From positions 18,104,001-18,168,000 of the forward strand of contig OZ249439.1 in the NCBI GenBank assembly GCA_965235115.1: a stretch of DNA of 64,000 nucleotides, in the 5' to 3' direction. Source of the DNA: Laetmonice hystrix (taxonomy: Eukaryota). Numbering within the stretch: the stretch's first letter is position 1; every line of letters starts with the position of its first letter. Position numbers and translations under genes: made by a program. Positions 22,909 to 38,100 of the stretch are shown here, piece by piece. Under the pieces are notes generated by a model, which did no database searches, was not told the DNA's origin, and saw nothing but the letters and a program-made list of their open reading frames with translations.

Positions 22909-23169
22909 CTAGCTGGTGGCAGCCATACTGTTTTGAAGGGCCTGTAATTGTTCTTCCCCTAACTTTATTTTATCTTCAATTTCCTGTTGGTCCATGGTTA
23001 GCTTGGACTTCATTTTGATGAAGTACTCGTAGTTGTCGTACTCCTCGTCCGTCAGGTATTTCTTTAGGTAGGCCGACACCTGTACACTTCTCCTGTCAAT
23101 GCCTTCCTTCAGCAGCTTGGCATCTTCGTGTTTCTCACTCACTTCATCCCGCTTCGACATCAGAGACGT
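22909..23169 (-). CDS. SHROOM: Shroom last coding exon (ASD2 C-terminus)
   Basis: CCACCAG|ACG TCT CTG ATG..; TSLMSKRDEVSEKHEDAKLLKEGIDRR..KIKLGEEQLQALQNSMAATS*. Confidence 0.95.
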   Translation of the reverse strand, partial: TSLMSKRDEVSEKHEDAKLLKEGIDRRSVQVSAYLKKYLTDEEYDNYEYFIKMKSKLTMDQQEIEDKIKLGEEQLQALQNSMAATS

Positions 23170-26100
23170 CTGGTGGTGGAAAACAGAACAAACTCATTAC
23201 AGCGACGGTCAAAGTTATACCAAGTATTGTCATCAATCCTACCATCTTTACGGTTTCTTTAGGTGGGGGTAAATCGGTTTAACATCTGCGTGAAGTAAAC
23301 CAGTTTAACATCTGCGTGAAGTAACTAGCTCAAATCCCATTTTTCAGACTACCGAAACTTTAGTTACATTATAAATTCACTTTCTGTGCACTGCCTCCTA
23401 CCTTTTCTTTATTGTCAGCATTTGGTGGCAGACTAAGGACGGCATTCTCGGAGCGGGCCAGGCGACCGGACAACTTGATCAGAAGGTACATCACTTTGTC
23501 CAACTCATCCACATAGAGTTTAAACTTGTCAAACTCACTCCGACTCTGAACTTTACATTCCACTACTGCACACACCTGAAACAATCACATGTTTTCAATA
23601 CCGGTAAGTTGAGGGATCCATAACTTTATTCTATTCCTTACAAATTACCAGATTTGTATTCTATTTTCATTATTTACCTGACATCTACAAGGACGGGAAG
23701 ACTTGACCTACCTCCTTCCCAAGTTGGTTGTTGTCCTCTATCTCCTCACCAAGTGTCTCCTTCTCTTCCCGTAGTATGGCTAACTTCCGCTTGATCCGCG
23801 ACTCCAGCTCCTCCTATTGATGACACAAACAACTATCAGTACGTTGGTTCATTCAAGTAATCTTTAATCTTCGCAGCTGAACTTCCAGGTTAAATGCTTT
23901 TCGTAAACAACTTGATTACATTGCTACGTTTGTGCCTGATTGACGGTACTAAACTGAGCAGTTACCTTCTGTCTGCGGAGTGAGGTGTTGGCGATTCCCA
24001 TCTCCCGGAGAATCTCCTCGGCTTTCATTCCTTCCTCCTTCATCTTGTTCTTCAGTAAGGCGACACTGGGCGGCGACCATGAGTTCACAGCTACTGGTGA
24101 CGTCTCAAAGCTGTCAACACAACGGCACGTCGCTATTTTATTAGGATATCTCAAAACTCCACGCCTGGGTGGTCAACCAACAGTAAACCTGGGTTTTGTA
24201 ATAGATGATCGATTGATGCCCAAAGATAAAAGTTGTAAATAATACTAAATATCCTGTAACAGGACCCATGGCTTCATACCTGTACACATACACATAACGT
24301 GTCACATATACTTGAAAATATACCCCGGTATCTAGAGTGTTTTGTAAGAAATGGTCATGGCTAGATTTGACTGGATACCCGAATACTGAACACAATCTTA
24401 CCTGTTCTCATTGCTGTCTTGCTGGCGGGGACTGCGCCTCTTAGCGAAAGTTGGTTTGCGCGGCAGTCCGGCCAGGTTGGTATCGAAGATTCCGGACATA
24501 AAGTCGGTAGTAGTTTTGTGTTCTGGGGGAGGTAGGATCACCTCCGAGAGCCGTTTGTCCTCGTCCACGATCTGAATGGCCACCACTGTGGCCGCCTTCT
24601 CACACTCGATCTCCTCGTGTGACTTCTGCCTGACGTGGCACACGACAGGCGGTGGGGGCGGGGAGGGTAGTGGGGGTGGGGTAGACGGGACCTCCATCTC
24701 GGCGGCCGTGTGAGCCGGACGTCCCGGGGAGGGAGCACTGGTCGGCGTCCTCACGGCCACCGGTGACGGAGGTTTGTGGACATCGGGCGGAGCTACTGGA
24801 TTCACTACAATCGTACTACTGGTGGCAAACACTTTGAGTTCACTGGGCACCTCGGACCGACACGAATCCTTGTTTATCAGGTCCTTAGACTGGGGACTCA
24901 TGTCACCATTTACATTATGAGAATTCGCCACGTTCTCAAGCGATTTTCTCAGCGTTTCACCAATCTCAGAAACTTTAGTCCGTGTTGTGGTCTGGCTACC
25001 TGTGGGGGATGCAGAACTGGACTGCTTTTGCTGTGCTTTTATGGATGCTAGTTCTCGGCTGGCTTCATCTAGGTTGGTGACACACGTTCTTGTGTAGGAG
25101 GTGGTCAAGATGGACTCCTCAGGTGACAGAGTACTTGCCTTCACCCTCGGCACCTGTTGATGGAGCAGGGTGAGCTGGTCGGGTGGGGTTGTGGCCAAGG
25201 ACCGCTGTAACCTACCGCTGGCGTACTTGGGTGGTACCTGAGGCGGCTGGGCCGGCTTCCTCACTGGCCCTGGCTCTAGCTGGGTCCGGCTCTCCGATGG
25301 TAGAGGAGGCTTGGTGACTGTCATAGTTGTAGCCACCTTCACTAGAGTTTCAGATTTCGGCGGGTTTGTCGTGGTGACGGGACCGGAACCCTCGACACTG
25401 TCTTTCCGTAGAGGAGTGGCGACCATTGGAGTCACCGATGTGGCTAATGGCGAGGAGGTGACCGTCGGCATGGATGGGGGAGTTTTCTGACCTTCGCTAC
25501 TGTTACTTCTCCGATAGTTTCCACCAAAACCTTGCCGGGGATGGCTGCGCTTCTGCATATAGGAGTCACTCGAGTACCTGTAAACACAAACAGTGTATTG
25601 AGTAACGAGTAACGGTCTCCTCACATGGTGTCAGCTAGTGACAGTAGATAACTTCAGTACCTTGGTGGCTGTGGTCGTGCTCACCACCAATATATGGATC
25701 CCTTTGTTAAACAGTACCCAGGAGATAACTTCAGTACCTTGGTGGCTGTGGTCGTGCTCACCACCAATATATGGATCCCTTTGTTAAACAGTACCCAGGA
25801 GATAACTTCAGTACCTTGGTGGCTGTGGTCGTCCTCACCACCAATATATGGATCCCTTTGTTAAACAGTACCCAGGAGATAACTTCAGTACCTTGGTGGC
25901 TGTGGTCATGCTCACCACCAATATATGGATCCCTTTGTTAAACAGTACCCAGGAGATAACTTCAGTACCTTGGTGGCTGTGGTCGTGCTCACCACCAATA
26001 TATGGATCCCTTTGTTAAACAGTACCCAGGAGATAACTTCAGTACCTTGGTGGCTGTGGTCGTGCTCACCACCAATATATGGATCCCTTTGTTAAACAGT

Positions 26101-29100
26101 ACCCAGGAGATAACTTCAGTACCTTGGTGGCTGTGGTCGTGCTCACCACCAATACACGTATATGGATCCCTTTGTTAAACAGTACCCAGGAGATAACTTC
26201 AGTACCTTGGTGGCTGTGGTCGTGCTCACCACCAATATATGGATCCCTTTGTTAAACAGTACCCAGCAGCCCTGCAGCACGTCTCACTTCCTGTTGGAAA
26301 CATCATTGACCCACAAACCAAATATTAACTCAACATAATTCTAGCCATCGCATGACACACCAAACTACCTAGGTAGAACTCTAACCACGGGCTTCAGGAT
26401 TGTTTTGTCATATACATATGTGAGTCTAAACCACAATAAAGTCTACGGCACCAGCCAATAAAAATGACAACAATTCACATGGTATGGAAGTCGGTAATAG
26501 CGTCCTGACATGCTATTACCGGTAGTTGAATGACCTAGAACTCGTTTGTACTACTCCCTAAGATTGAGTGATGTATCGTTTCGTGACAGATTTAGTGAAG
26601 TTAATGACCTAGGTCAGTTACTTGGTTACCTTCCTAAGTACTACAACTATATTATAGAGCTACCACCGGCCCTTCATGAATACTGACGCCCACCGGAAGA
26701 TATTATTATAACCTGTCAACTAGAGCATTCATTAGTTATGGATGAAGTCCATGAACTGCTAGACACTTCCAACCAGCTAGACCCAAATCACAACCCGCAT
26801 CGCCAGAAAACGTTAGGGTATTTCTTTTCTGAAGTCCCCGGTAACGTTCTAAAATAATTTATAATGTAAATAAATTGTGAGAAGTTCGTCCACTTGGACC
26901 ATGAAGATCTCCAGGTTATGCCAGTACAAGATGAAGACCTCCTCCGCTGGATGTAAAGTAAGGGGCCGTCTCCTCCGCTGGAGCACCCACACATGAATGG
27001 TGTAGGTACCCTCCCTCCTACCTCCAATCATCAATCAACCTCGTGCTATCACACCGGTACCTCGGGACGGACGTGTTGCCCAGCGTGTAGGGGCCACTCA
27101 CATTCAACCTTCCCTGACAACCTATCCATCAACAACACTGCCACGTTTCCAGGTGAACTCTAAACCCTTCCAACCCGCAACATTATACCCTAATTAAAAG
27201 TTAAATCTGAAGGGGGTATCAGGGATAATAATGAAATAAGTGGGTGATGTGACTGCCGTCAGGGACAGCAGACGTCGGTAACTGTGACGGTGCACACCTA
27301 ACAATGTATGTGGACAGTGGAGGTGGTAGTCAATGTCATGTCATGAGTTATTACAGATACCCATACAGTACTTGACCGACATCCATAGACAAGATACTTT
27401 CTCAACTTATGCAATTATCAGGAACCTCCTCCCCACCTAAAGGTGTGTGAACACCCGGCCCTAGGGGAGAATGTTGGCATTTAGACTTACAACTATGTAC
27501 TAGTAATGTACTGTGCTAACAGTTTATGGCAGAGTGCAATTTTATGCTTACTGCTGGTGTTTCACTCATAAGAACGTATAGCACATGAAAACTCTGCCTG
27601 CACCAAACGAGAGAATTTGATGGAGAAAAATTGTAGCTGACCTAAAGTGGTAATTTCTAAATTTCGCACCTGGTTTTTCTCCTCGTTTGCTACTTTTTTG
27701 CGACAGATATTTGGCTAGAATTATCTTCAGCGAATCTGTGTATACTGCCTCTGGCAGCGTGTTATGATACAGAGCTGCCACCTGGTGGTAGCCACTGACC
27801 GCCGGCTCTTGTTCACATTTCTACACGTTCCCCTTAAAACACCTCTCGTAACATCACTTTCATCATTATGGTTTATGACAATCTCTGTTTTGACGTTTAT
27901 TCCAAAACCGCAGGGCGATATATTTTTATCCTGAACTATTGATGATGACAATTTTTTTTCTCTCTCTCTTGCTCTCGTTGACTGTTCCGACCAAATCATA
28001 CAATGATCCGTAAAATCACTTTTAGTCCTGCCATGCCTTGTGCCTTCTCTAAACTGCATTCCTGCCATGCCTTGTGCCTTCTCTAAACTTCATGACTACA
28101 AAGATGCCTGATTCAGGACAACCTCCCTATCGTCCGTACTGTACGTAACACATCATGCCACCAGGAATAGCCCTCTCGACACGACTATGCTTTTAGGGAG
28201 CACTGTTTCCGTTTCCATGGGAATGATCTATGGCACCCCTTTGTCAGGTTGGATTTCGTATCAACGTTATTTATTTATTTTCATGGTTTTAAAATTCCAA
28301 CTTCATGAAAAATATGCGGAAAGTGTTTTCGTACCATAGCGAGAGATAGTCCATGTATATATGTGTTGATAAATGAATACGGAGCTTTACTTTGTAAATA
28401 TTGCCAGATTCATGTTTCTGCCCGGCTGTTTTGTCAGGACTGCAACTAAAAACAGACCATGGCATCCTGATGCTATCTCTGTCTCGGGCGGCATGGTTCA
28501 AAATGGCACAGGCTCCAGGAAACTTCCCTACACCGTAGAGACAATGTGAGGCGGTTAAAAAGGAGGGATAAAAAACTGCAAGGGGAAACATACCCCCCAA
28601 ACATCGAGGTAAAGGGTTAGCGAGGATACACTCTGGTCATGTAATTTATACCCAACATTCCCCTCCGCCTCGTGAAATTTAGTCTCGATATAAAAACTAT
28701 AATTTCATTTGTGTGAGTATAGTGGAAGGAAATATTGGCGTCGCAGATGAGGACCAGAATATTCATTACTCAAGCCCAAGGAATGAGGAGCCCACCAGAA
28801 CAGATCTCTGATACGTCTCTTCCATCCATGATACCCACTGATCATTCTGTTAAAAACTCCCACGTGCTGATATAGCACAGGATGAGGCTGATAGGTGTTA
28901 TCCCGTCCTATGTCTGGCCCAGCACCATCCTACCAAAGTGCCAGTAATAGGACGACCCGGTTCACTTTGAACTGAGATCTGTTCAAAACCGCTAACAGAA
29001 TACACATGTATGCAACACATTCTACCTGGTTCCGGTAGGCCGTCTGTGGCACACGTGAGCCAAGGTTGGACTGAGCATCTGTTACAGGAGGCACGACCTG

Positions 29101-32100
29101 GGGAGGTACGCTCAATGAGAAATTATAACACCAAACATACTGGTAACCTAGACCAGAGACATGAGAGTACCTGAGAAAACTCAGCCGTCATTCACGGCTA
29201 TCTCCCAGCATTACCTGGTACCTGATCGATCACATAACGCCCTATGACAACTCTTGGACTGTAATGTGACATTTTGACCTATGACTTATGTCTTTATGTA
29301 CCGGGTTATATACCTAATTTAAGGCAGCATTCAGCAACAATAATAATCTCCAGAATGCACCGCGGTAAAACACCTGCCGGTCGTGCGGCGTTGAGAAGAC
29401 AACCTTTTTTAAATGTGTATGTATTGTGGGCGTCCCAGCCTGACGCGGCGAGCGGCAGCGCCCCCTGGCGGGGCAGGTGTCCTCGCTCTCCCGCCATGTT
29501 GACGTATCACCACACCCTTGTTGTTGTTGAATGCCATGTTGGAACAAGGCCCAGGGGTGCTGGTATGTGGTGATGGCAGGAGATATGGGATACCTATAGG
29601 GGCCTACCTGGAGGAGGAAGGTGAGGGTGGGGTGGGGTGTTAGAATTTCGTCCCCCATCATCACTGATGTCATACACGTCCATGGCCCTGTATCAGGTAC
29701 CTAAGTGACACAAATCCACGGGTAGAAGCCCCGGTCTCCCTGTATAGTACACGTGTCCCCATACAATGCCTGTCCTACCCCTCTCCATCACCCTGGACAC
29801 TACACCAATCTTCAGCAGCAGACCACAACCTATACAAGCTTACCAGAGACTCTGGTTTCCGTAAAATAATTTGACTGCCATCCCGGAGAGCAGGATTGCA
29901 ATAAGAATGTCGATATGACGAAGGTCCCAGCATAATGCTGTATACCTCTGGTCTCTTTCTTGGAAAGACTTCTAACACACCTGATTCAACTCCCATGCTC
30001 CAATGTTTGGGGCTGCCCCCAACTTGACAAAAATCTTACATTGCTGGTTTGAATCGCAAACGTCTGTGTGAGCATCCTGCAAATAACTACTGACAGCTTT
30101 AGATTATACTGGTACCGCCCCCTTGCTCCTTGACTCCTGCTTACCGCCACCTCCTCCACAAGGTACTGGTAGCCTGTCCAGGAGCATTGGTACAGTACAC
30201 TGACAGCTTCAGATACACTGGTACCGCCCCTTGCTCCTTGACTCCTGCTTACCGCCACCTCCTCCACAAGGTACTGGTAGCCTGTCCAGGAGCATTGGTA
30301 CCGTACATGGAGGCACTGACAGCTTCAGATATACTGGTACTGCCCCCTGGCTCCTTGACTCCTGCTTACCGGCACCTCCTCCACAAGGTACTGGTAGCCT
30401 GTCCAGGAGCATTGGTACCGTACACTGACAGCTTCAGATACACTGGTACTGCCCCCTGGCTCCTTGACTCCTGCTTACCGCCACCTCCTCCACAAGGTAC
30501 TGGTAGCCTGTCCAGGAGCATTGGTACCGTACACTGACAGCTTCAGATACACTGGTACTGCCCCCTGGCTCCTTGACTCCTGCTTACCGCCACCTCCTCC
30601 ACAAGGTACTGGTAGCCTGTCCAGGAGCACTGGTACCGTACATGGAGGCACTGACAGCTTCAGATATACTGGTACCGCCCCCTTGCTCCTTGACCTCCTC
30701 CACAAGGTACTGGTAGCCTGTCCAGGAGCACTGGTACCGTACATGGAGGCTGGTACCGTACGTGGAGGCACTGACAGCTTCAGATATACTGGTACCGCCC
30801 CCTTGCTCCTTGACCTCCTCCACAAGGTACTGGTAGCCTGTCCAGGAGCACTGGTACCGTACATGGAGGCTGGTACCGTACGTGGAGGCACTGACAGCTT
30901 CAGATATACTGGTACCGCCCCTTGCTCCTTGACCTCCTCCATAAGGTACTGGTAGCCTGTCCAGAAGCATTGGTACCGTACATGGCCATGTACAGGAAAA
31001 CCTATCCTGACGTCGTTATTGTCACAACAATATAATCTTGAGTACATGCCCTCAGTCGAATCGATCGTTTCGGCATCTGGTTCATTTAATTACTAACCTT
31101 CGATAAGGTTTCCGACCTGTACAGGTGTTGCGGACGAGCCCTGGACACGAAGTGGTTTTTGTCTCAGGTCACAGAAAAGGTCACCACAATTACAGGTCAT
31201 GCCCCAAGGTGGCAGATGTTAGCGTCATCAACATTTAACCCTGCCAGGTGGCGGGGTCAGGCCCGCTTACGTGCTACCCATATACCTGGATCCTGACCGA
31301 GTATAGGGCGACCTACCACTGGCTGAGTCATTCCGGGTGACCACTTACTGGACCCATACACCTGGATCCTGGCCGAGTATCTACCACCAACCGTCCACTC
31401 ACTGGACCCACACACCTGGATCCTGACCGAGTATCTACCACCAACCGTCCACTCACTGGAGGACAAGGACCTGGAGGAGGTGATGGCCAGCCGGCCGGTC
31501 ACGTTCCTCCAGTCAGTGTTCCAGTAATTACTCCCAGTCATGAGTAGAGATAGCCTGAACCATCAACACCTGGTGTCTCAGTACATTACACACCTGGATC
31601 CTGACCGAGTATCTACCACCAACCGTCCACTCACTGGAGGACAAGGACCTGGAGGAGGTGATGGCCAGCCGGCCGGTCACGTTCCTCCAGTCAGTGTTCC
31701 AGTAATTACTCCCAGTCATGAGTAGAGATAGCCTGAACCATCAACACCTGGTGTCTCAGTACATGACACACCTGGATCCTGACCGAGTATCTACCACCAA
31801 CCGTCCACTCACTGGGGGACAAGGACCTGGAGGATATATGAGGTGATGGCCGGCCGGTCACGTTCCTCCAGTCAGTGTTCCAGTAACTACTCCCAGTCAT
31901 GAGTAGAGATAGCCTGAACCATCAACACCTGGTGTCTCAGTACATTACACACCTGGATCCTGACCGAGTATCTACCACCAACCGTCCACTCACTGGACCC
32001 ACACACCTGGATCCTGACCGAGTATCTACCACCAACCGTCCACTCACTGGACCCACACACCTGGATCCTGACCCGAGTATCTACCACCAACCGTCCACTC

Positions 32101-35100
32101 ACTGGACCCACACACCTGGATCCTGACCCGAGTATCTACCACCAACCGTCCACTCACTGGAGGACAAGGACCTGGAGGATATATGAGGTGATGGCCGGCC
32201 GGTCACGTTCCTCCAGTCAGTGTTCCAGTAACTACTCCCAGTCATGAGTAGAGATAGCCTGAACTATCAACACCTGGTGTCTCAGTACATTACACACCTG
32301 GATCCTGATTCTCATACCTCAGCATCTTCTCATTTGTGATATCAACTGCCAACACTTTTTCTTTGGTTTTATAACATTTACAAAATAAACCTTTGCTACT
32401 TACAAAACCTGTTATTCCTATAGTTTTACATGTCTGTGAGTGTGATCAAACCAGTTCCTATAATCCTAGAATTTTTTTGCGACGCAAACATGCTGTCATG
32501 TTCAAAGCATTTACCAGATGCCGAATCAAGTGTTGCGCTTCTATTTTGGACGGTATTTCTGTAGGATGCTCACATTGCACCAATCAGGTGAAGCGTGGGG
32601 TCCCGGACATGGTGTTTTCAGTCCGTCAATTTCTTTGCCAGGTGATATTTGTAGGGATTACTTGGAGGGGAATCAGGAACGTTGGTGATCACTTCTCGGG
32701 AATCCTCCCACAGAATCAAACAGGCTGACGGTCAGGTCCGGGACGACGGGCGCATCCGCTCCATCAACTCGCATGGCTACTAGGTGGTTGAGTCGGTCCA
32801 CGTGTGTGGATGGGTGGGTCCACGTGGGTGGGACTGGGTCCACCTGTCACCAGGGCGACCACCATTTATTTATCACCAGTTTTGAGATGGTACACTGCAC
32901 GACCTGTATGCCCCGCGTATACAAACCGTTTTCAGACCCCCCCCCCCCCAACATTACTGACATCTTTTATACCTCCTCCAGGGCGGGCGGGTAGGGGGGG
33001 CTGCCCCCTCCAGAGCGGACGGTGGTTGGTTGCCTGGAGTCTGACGTCAGGTCTCAGTATCAAAGGTTCAGCTGTCAACATACAGGACTGTAAGACAGCT
33101 GCAGCTGACAGGGTCGCGCAGATGACATACCAACACCTATATCGGTCTCTAGGACATTGGTATATCTAGTCTGTCTGTACTGCTATGTCCCAATTTACAA
33201 AACGAAAGAAAAACACTCAAAGTACACCAACCCGCCCGCCCTCGCAAAAAGCTGGTCCGTCGATTTGGCTCCAGGCCTGACCACCTAACAGCTGTTTGTC
33301 ACTGACAAGCAAATCTAAACTTGTAGCTGGAGAGAACTGGCCATTGCCTCACCCTCTCCACCCATAGACTATAGTGACTGAGATAAACGGACGGATCCAA
33401 CCATTCGCTGGCCGCCGTGTTATATGGGACCGACTGTAGATCTCTCATACTTGGCATCATCGGGATACTGGTGCTGCCCCCTCCTGGACAGCCCGAGCGC
33501 CATGATGCACTTTATAGTAAAGAACGTTGACCAGAGGAATCCTAAGCATGGTGAGGGAATCTCATTGGCGGTCTCTAGAAGGTGTTAGAGGTACGAGGGT
33601 CAGAGAGGATCGGTGGAAACATTTGTCTCCGTGAAAACTACGTGACAGCTGGTAGAGAACTGATCATTACAACATGCATCCTTCACTTACTCACTCTGGC
33701 CGGCCGCCGTTCATGAGCTCGTGTTAGCGTTAGACGTGACCCCACATGTGCTAACTTACATAACGCTACAAAAAGTTGGTTTGGAGGCCGAGAGGAAGGT
33801 CCATCAACTTTTACTTAGATGGACAACAGAACATCTCATCATTCATAACCAGAACACCCCCCCCCCCCCCCCACAGAAACGTCTACAGGAGGACTAGTTC
33901 TCCGACCAGTTGGGCAAATAGTCCGCCTTGTCAAGATTTCCTGGCTCAACTGTAATTATATTACTTGAGAGGCTCAAGGCTATTAGTGATGCCTTTCTTA
34001 AATTACATGTTAGCTAAAATAGTTGCAGAGATGGAGGTCAGACCAAGGTCTCACAGACAGCCAGGATTCACTTCCAACGCCAGGATCATATTAACAGGAC
34101 TACAGGAAAGCCGAAAAAAAGGAGAAAAACTAAATACTTCATGTCTAGATTTCCCACAGCTGAGCAGCGGTTGCGATGGTACCTCCTGACTGAAATCTTT
34201 GTATTTTTTCCTTCAGTGCCAATAAACAAGGGCTTGGGTCATCGGATTGGGCCAGGCGTGTGGGGACAACGAACAGAGGGATACTGTACCACAGCCCCAT
34301 CTAGATGATGGGAACATGTCGCCAGCATCCTCTCAACACGGGAGGTATCCTGTCTATCTCCTCAGGTTTACCTGCCAGGTTACAATCAGAGATGGCAAGA
34401 GGATGGGAGGTTGACCAAGCCCATGTATACTGTGGTGAGAGAGGCCGGGTGGTTCATGATGGATGGACGGCTGCTCGGCTCCAAACGTTAACCTCTAACG
34501 TAATCTCTACTGACTAGTCCGGACAGAGGAGATGTTCGCTCTATGATCCCGGTCGTACCATGAGTCTGTAAAACATCTGCCTTCATCACAAATAGACCTT
34601 TATACTTCAATCCCGGAGAGGGCCGAGAACGAACTTGGCTGGCACTCGACGGTCTCAAAGTGCTATCGGTCCATGGCATTCACAATTAGGCCTTTCACGT
34701 TCGGTAAGATCAGTGAAACATTTGGTTTAGGAGTTCAGTCCCAGAGAACAGACTCTTTTCGTGCGGTCTCTCTATAATTAGACACCACAGGCATAGGTTT
34801 CGCTTCATGGATTACCGCACATCAGCATGTAAAAGAAAGGCCACCCACATTTTATTCAGTGAAAAACCGACCTGCCTTCAAATTCCTTTAAAAAAGAGAT
34901 ACCAACCAGAAATAAATTATATTTGGATATAATTGGTTTCTCCCTCAAGGTGACTGCTAACACTATTAGCGACAGCTCCTTCAAAGGTATGGTAATGGTT
35001 GCGAGACAGTGGGACTGTGTGACAGAGAGCCGAGTGTCTCCGAGGTCTACCAATCATGTCACTGGGTCAGTCCCATCATGTTACCGCCTCAGTACATGGC

Positions 35101-38100
35101 GTCATCCGTTAACAATGCTGGAGGAATTCCAAACGGGAGGAAACAAAGACGTAACTTCTAAACCTCACGAGGACAAGGCGCCGCACTGGGTCACTGACAT
35201 CGAAATGGTTCCTGTACTTCCCTCCGTCTTACCAGATACTTTCCCGGGTTTTCATGACAGCAGGGTTTGAATTGGTATAATTATTATATTTTTCAACAAC
35301 AAAAAGGATGAGCTACGATTTACTGAAGACATGTCAGTCGATTTGTCGATTTACTGAAGTCAGTCACGTTCGACACCTAGCGGTGGACGTGACATGACCG
35401 GTCGGGGAGTCGGGTCCAGATGGTTTGTTTACATCCTAGAGGTGGACCACGTGGCAAGGTGTCAGCACGACGGTAAATAAAACAATAATGACCTGGTATT
35501 GCCGCCCTCCACCTGTCCATCTGACCGCCAGATGGCAGGGCGGGAGACCGGTCGTACAGACCAACCACCGACCTGGCACATCTAAACATGTAAATAGTAT
35601 AATATCAAAGACAAATGTAAAGTAGTCACTAGTCAGCGTGAGGTGTTGTTTCAAGTATTACATTCATCATCGTATCGACATGTAACCAGTAACCTGACAC
35701 CAGATACTTGATCTCATTTCTACACGTATTACACAACCTCCACTCTATATTCTCCTGACTTCAGAAAACCTTTAGGCCCATGTGTCTACCCTGTGTCGAT
35801 GATCGGACTGCGTACCCACCCCCCTCCCACACCCCCATCAAGGTGGGCGTACATAGCTGTGATCTCTGATCCTTCCTCCCCCCTCCACCCTCCCTCCCTC
35901 CGGGACCTGACGACATGGCCCTAGACTCCTGGAACACGTTCAATTCGCCACCCCGCCTGCCAAGACAAGCACGCCCACCTGACTCACATCGGCTCACCTT
36001 TGAGCTGTCCGCTTCAGGTATCACCATACCGATTCCTCAGGTGTCTGAAGGTAACCAAACAATACAACCCCCGCCATACCTGCAGCTCCAAGCGGCCTGT
36101 CAAGAGCCCCGCCTAACCCTGTATACCAAACAGTCCCTGTATCTTGTTCTATTTCCACTTCTGTTTGTAGTCTTTATTATTTTACTACACATTGCTAACC
36201 TGAAACAAACACATTGGTCCTGCTTCATAGAACTGGAGAATCCTCCCTCCTCTACATGTAACTGCCTCCAACACATATTTCAAGCTTGTCATGAAAGGAA
36301 TAGTTATGCTAACAATACATTTGTACTTAAAATAGTAAAGGGACGATCACGATAAATTCCTAAACACATTTCTGCGTGAAAGCTATCGTGGCAATTAAAA
36401 TATTATAGCGAGTTCACGGAGTGTTTTTCCCCCACATCATTTTTCAGTTAGTACGTCAAGAATACGCAGCTAAATTTAAGGCCTTGCTGACATAAACCCT
36501 TTTATGGGTACAATGTACACATGAAAGTAGTTGGCATGCAGTGGTGACACCTGCGCAGCACATCCTCCAGGCTGTCGTGACTAACCGATTGTCACAACCG
36601 TATGGTTCTCATCGTCAAGTCCTGTCTTTTTTAACATCACTTTTTTCAGTCCTCTCCGTTGTTTGACCTTTTAATAAGCGCACTTGTACTGGTGACTAGG
36701 TCCACTAGAATTTCGATGCCCATTATGACCGGGTTTAACAATGAATTTCGAAAGGGGCCAAAGAGGGAAACATTACCAAAAAATGGTCCGAGAGCGGTTA
36801 AAGAAAAAAACTTGCCCTTGCGGATCTTTGGTGCCCAGCCGCCTAACCGGTCTGCCAGTTTTTGTACCTAATATTGTACAAATGTGTACTGAGATAATAT
36901 ACTACCCGTTCACCTGATGTAAATAAATTCCTAGAATCCATTGACTCAACTGCACCTGACCCCTGACAACAAGGTAAGTGGGATGGAGATTCTGTACCTC
37001 GGCGCCAGGACTTGTAGATCAACTAAATAAACCAATGTCCGGTTGGCAGACACAGGACTGGAGTAAATCTGCTGAGATCTTTGGGCTACATGTAAAATCT
37101 AAAATCGCTGAGGATCAACGGACACCCTTTAAATTGCTGTACTGCATTGGTATAACCAATCGTTGGTATAACTCAACCATCAGGTGCTATCAGAAGTGTA
37201 GAGTGGAGCCACCGATATACCGTGTTTGATTGAAACAGAAGTTTCATGATCACAGTTCTCTGTGCTACTCTCAGCGGTGCGTGACTTGTCTTGGATATGT
37301 TGGGTCTATTTACCACCGATTTCACCCGGTTTTATAAGTGGTCCTTTCATCGCCACTCCAAGCCGCGTCAACAGTGACACAGCGTTTGGGGCATGAGGAA
37401 CAATGTTTGTTCACCGCCTCCATTCAAACGTTTCTCTTTTGGTCTCTGTTCTCACTCTCAGACAAAATAATCCCTCCCGACCAAAAGGGCGACTAGCTTC
37501 GTCTGAATGTCAAGTAGGTTTCATGCCATCTCTCCAAAACCTGCCGACCTGCAGTCATACATCGTACAGGTCGGAATATTACCTTATGTATCGAGGATTC
37601 TGTGAACTACACCTTGTCATACACACCACACCTGTGCTGTCATTGTGCCACTCTGTGCCATTTAATCTGGTACATGTTGACAGACTGCCTATAATATAGG
37701 CCTTCAGCCTACAATTTATATCACCTATTTTAAGAGGAAAACCTTCTGATAATATTCTGACTGAATTCTTAGATTTTTCTGCCCATCTTCTTGATTGAAC
37801 ACATATACGGTAAGCAGGCATTCAAAATCAATGACTGACAATCTAGATTTAGCAAACAACAGGGGATACTGTCGCCAATACGAAATAGACTCTGACCTAA
37901 ACCTCAGGTAAACAATGTCGCTATTGTCTACTCAAAGTTACCTCTAACTTCTCAAAATCAAGCTGATGAGAAGATTTTTGTTTGACGGGTAAGACATTTT
38001 GGTGCGATATGCTTCCACCTGGAATTCTTCCTCTCCAGCCATGCGCACACGACCATGACAGGCCCACGCTCTGACAATATTACCCCATTTTAACTCTGAC

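Noticed and set aside
29608-29687. Candidate Shroom exon (AMDVYDISDDGGRNSNTPPHPHLPPP) with a good donor
   Set aside because: 80 nt, phase 2 to 1; I found no compensating exon to restore frame before 25577.
30130-32126. Many overlapping ORFs on both strands
   Set aside because: Generated by tandem arrays with frame-breaking unit lengths; only the seeds are kept as low-interest findings.
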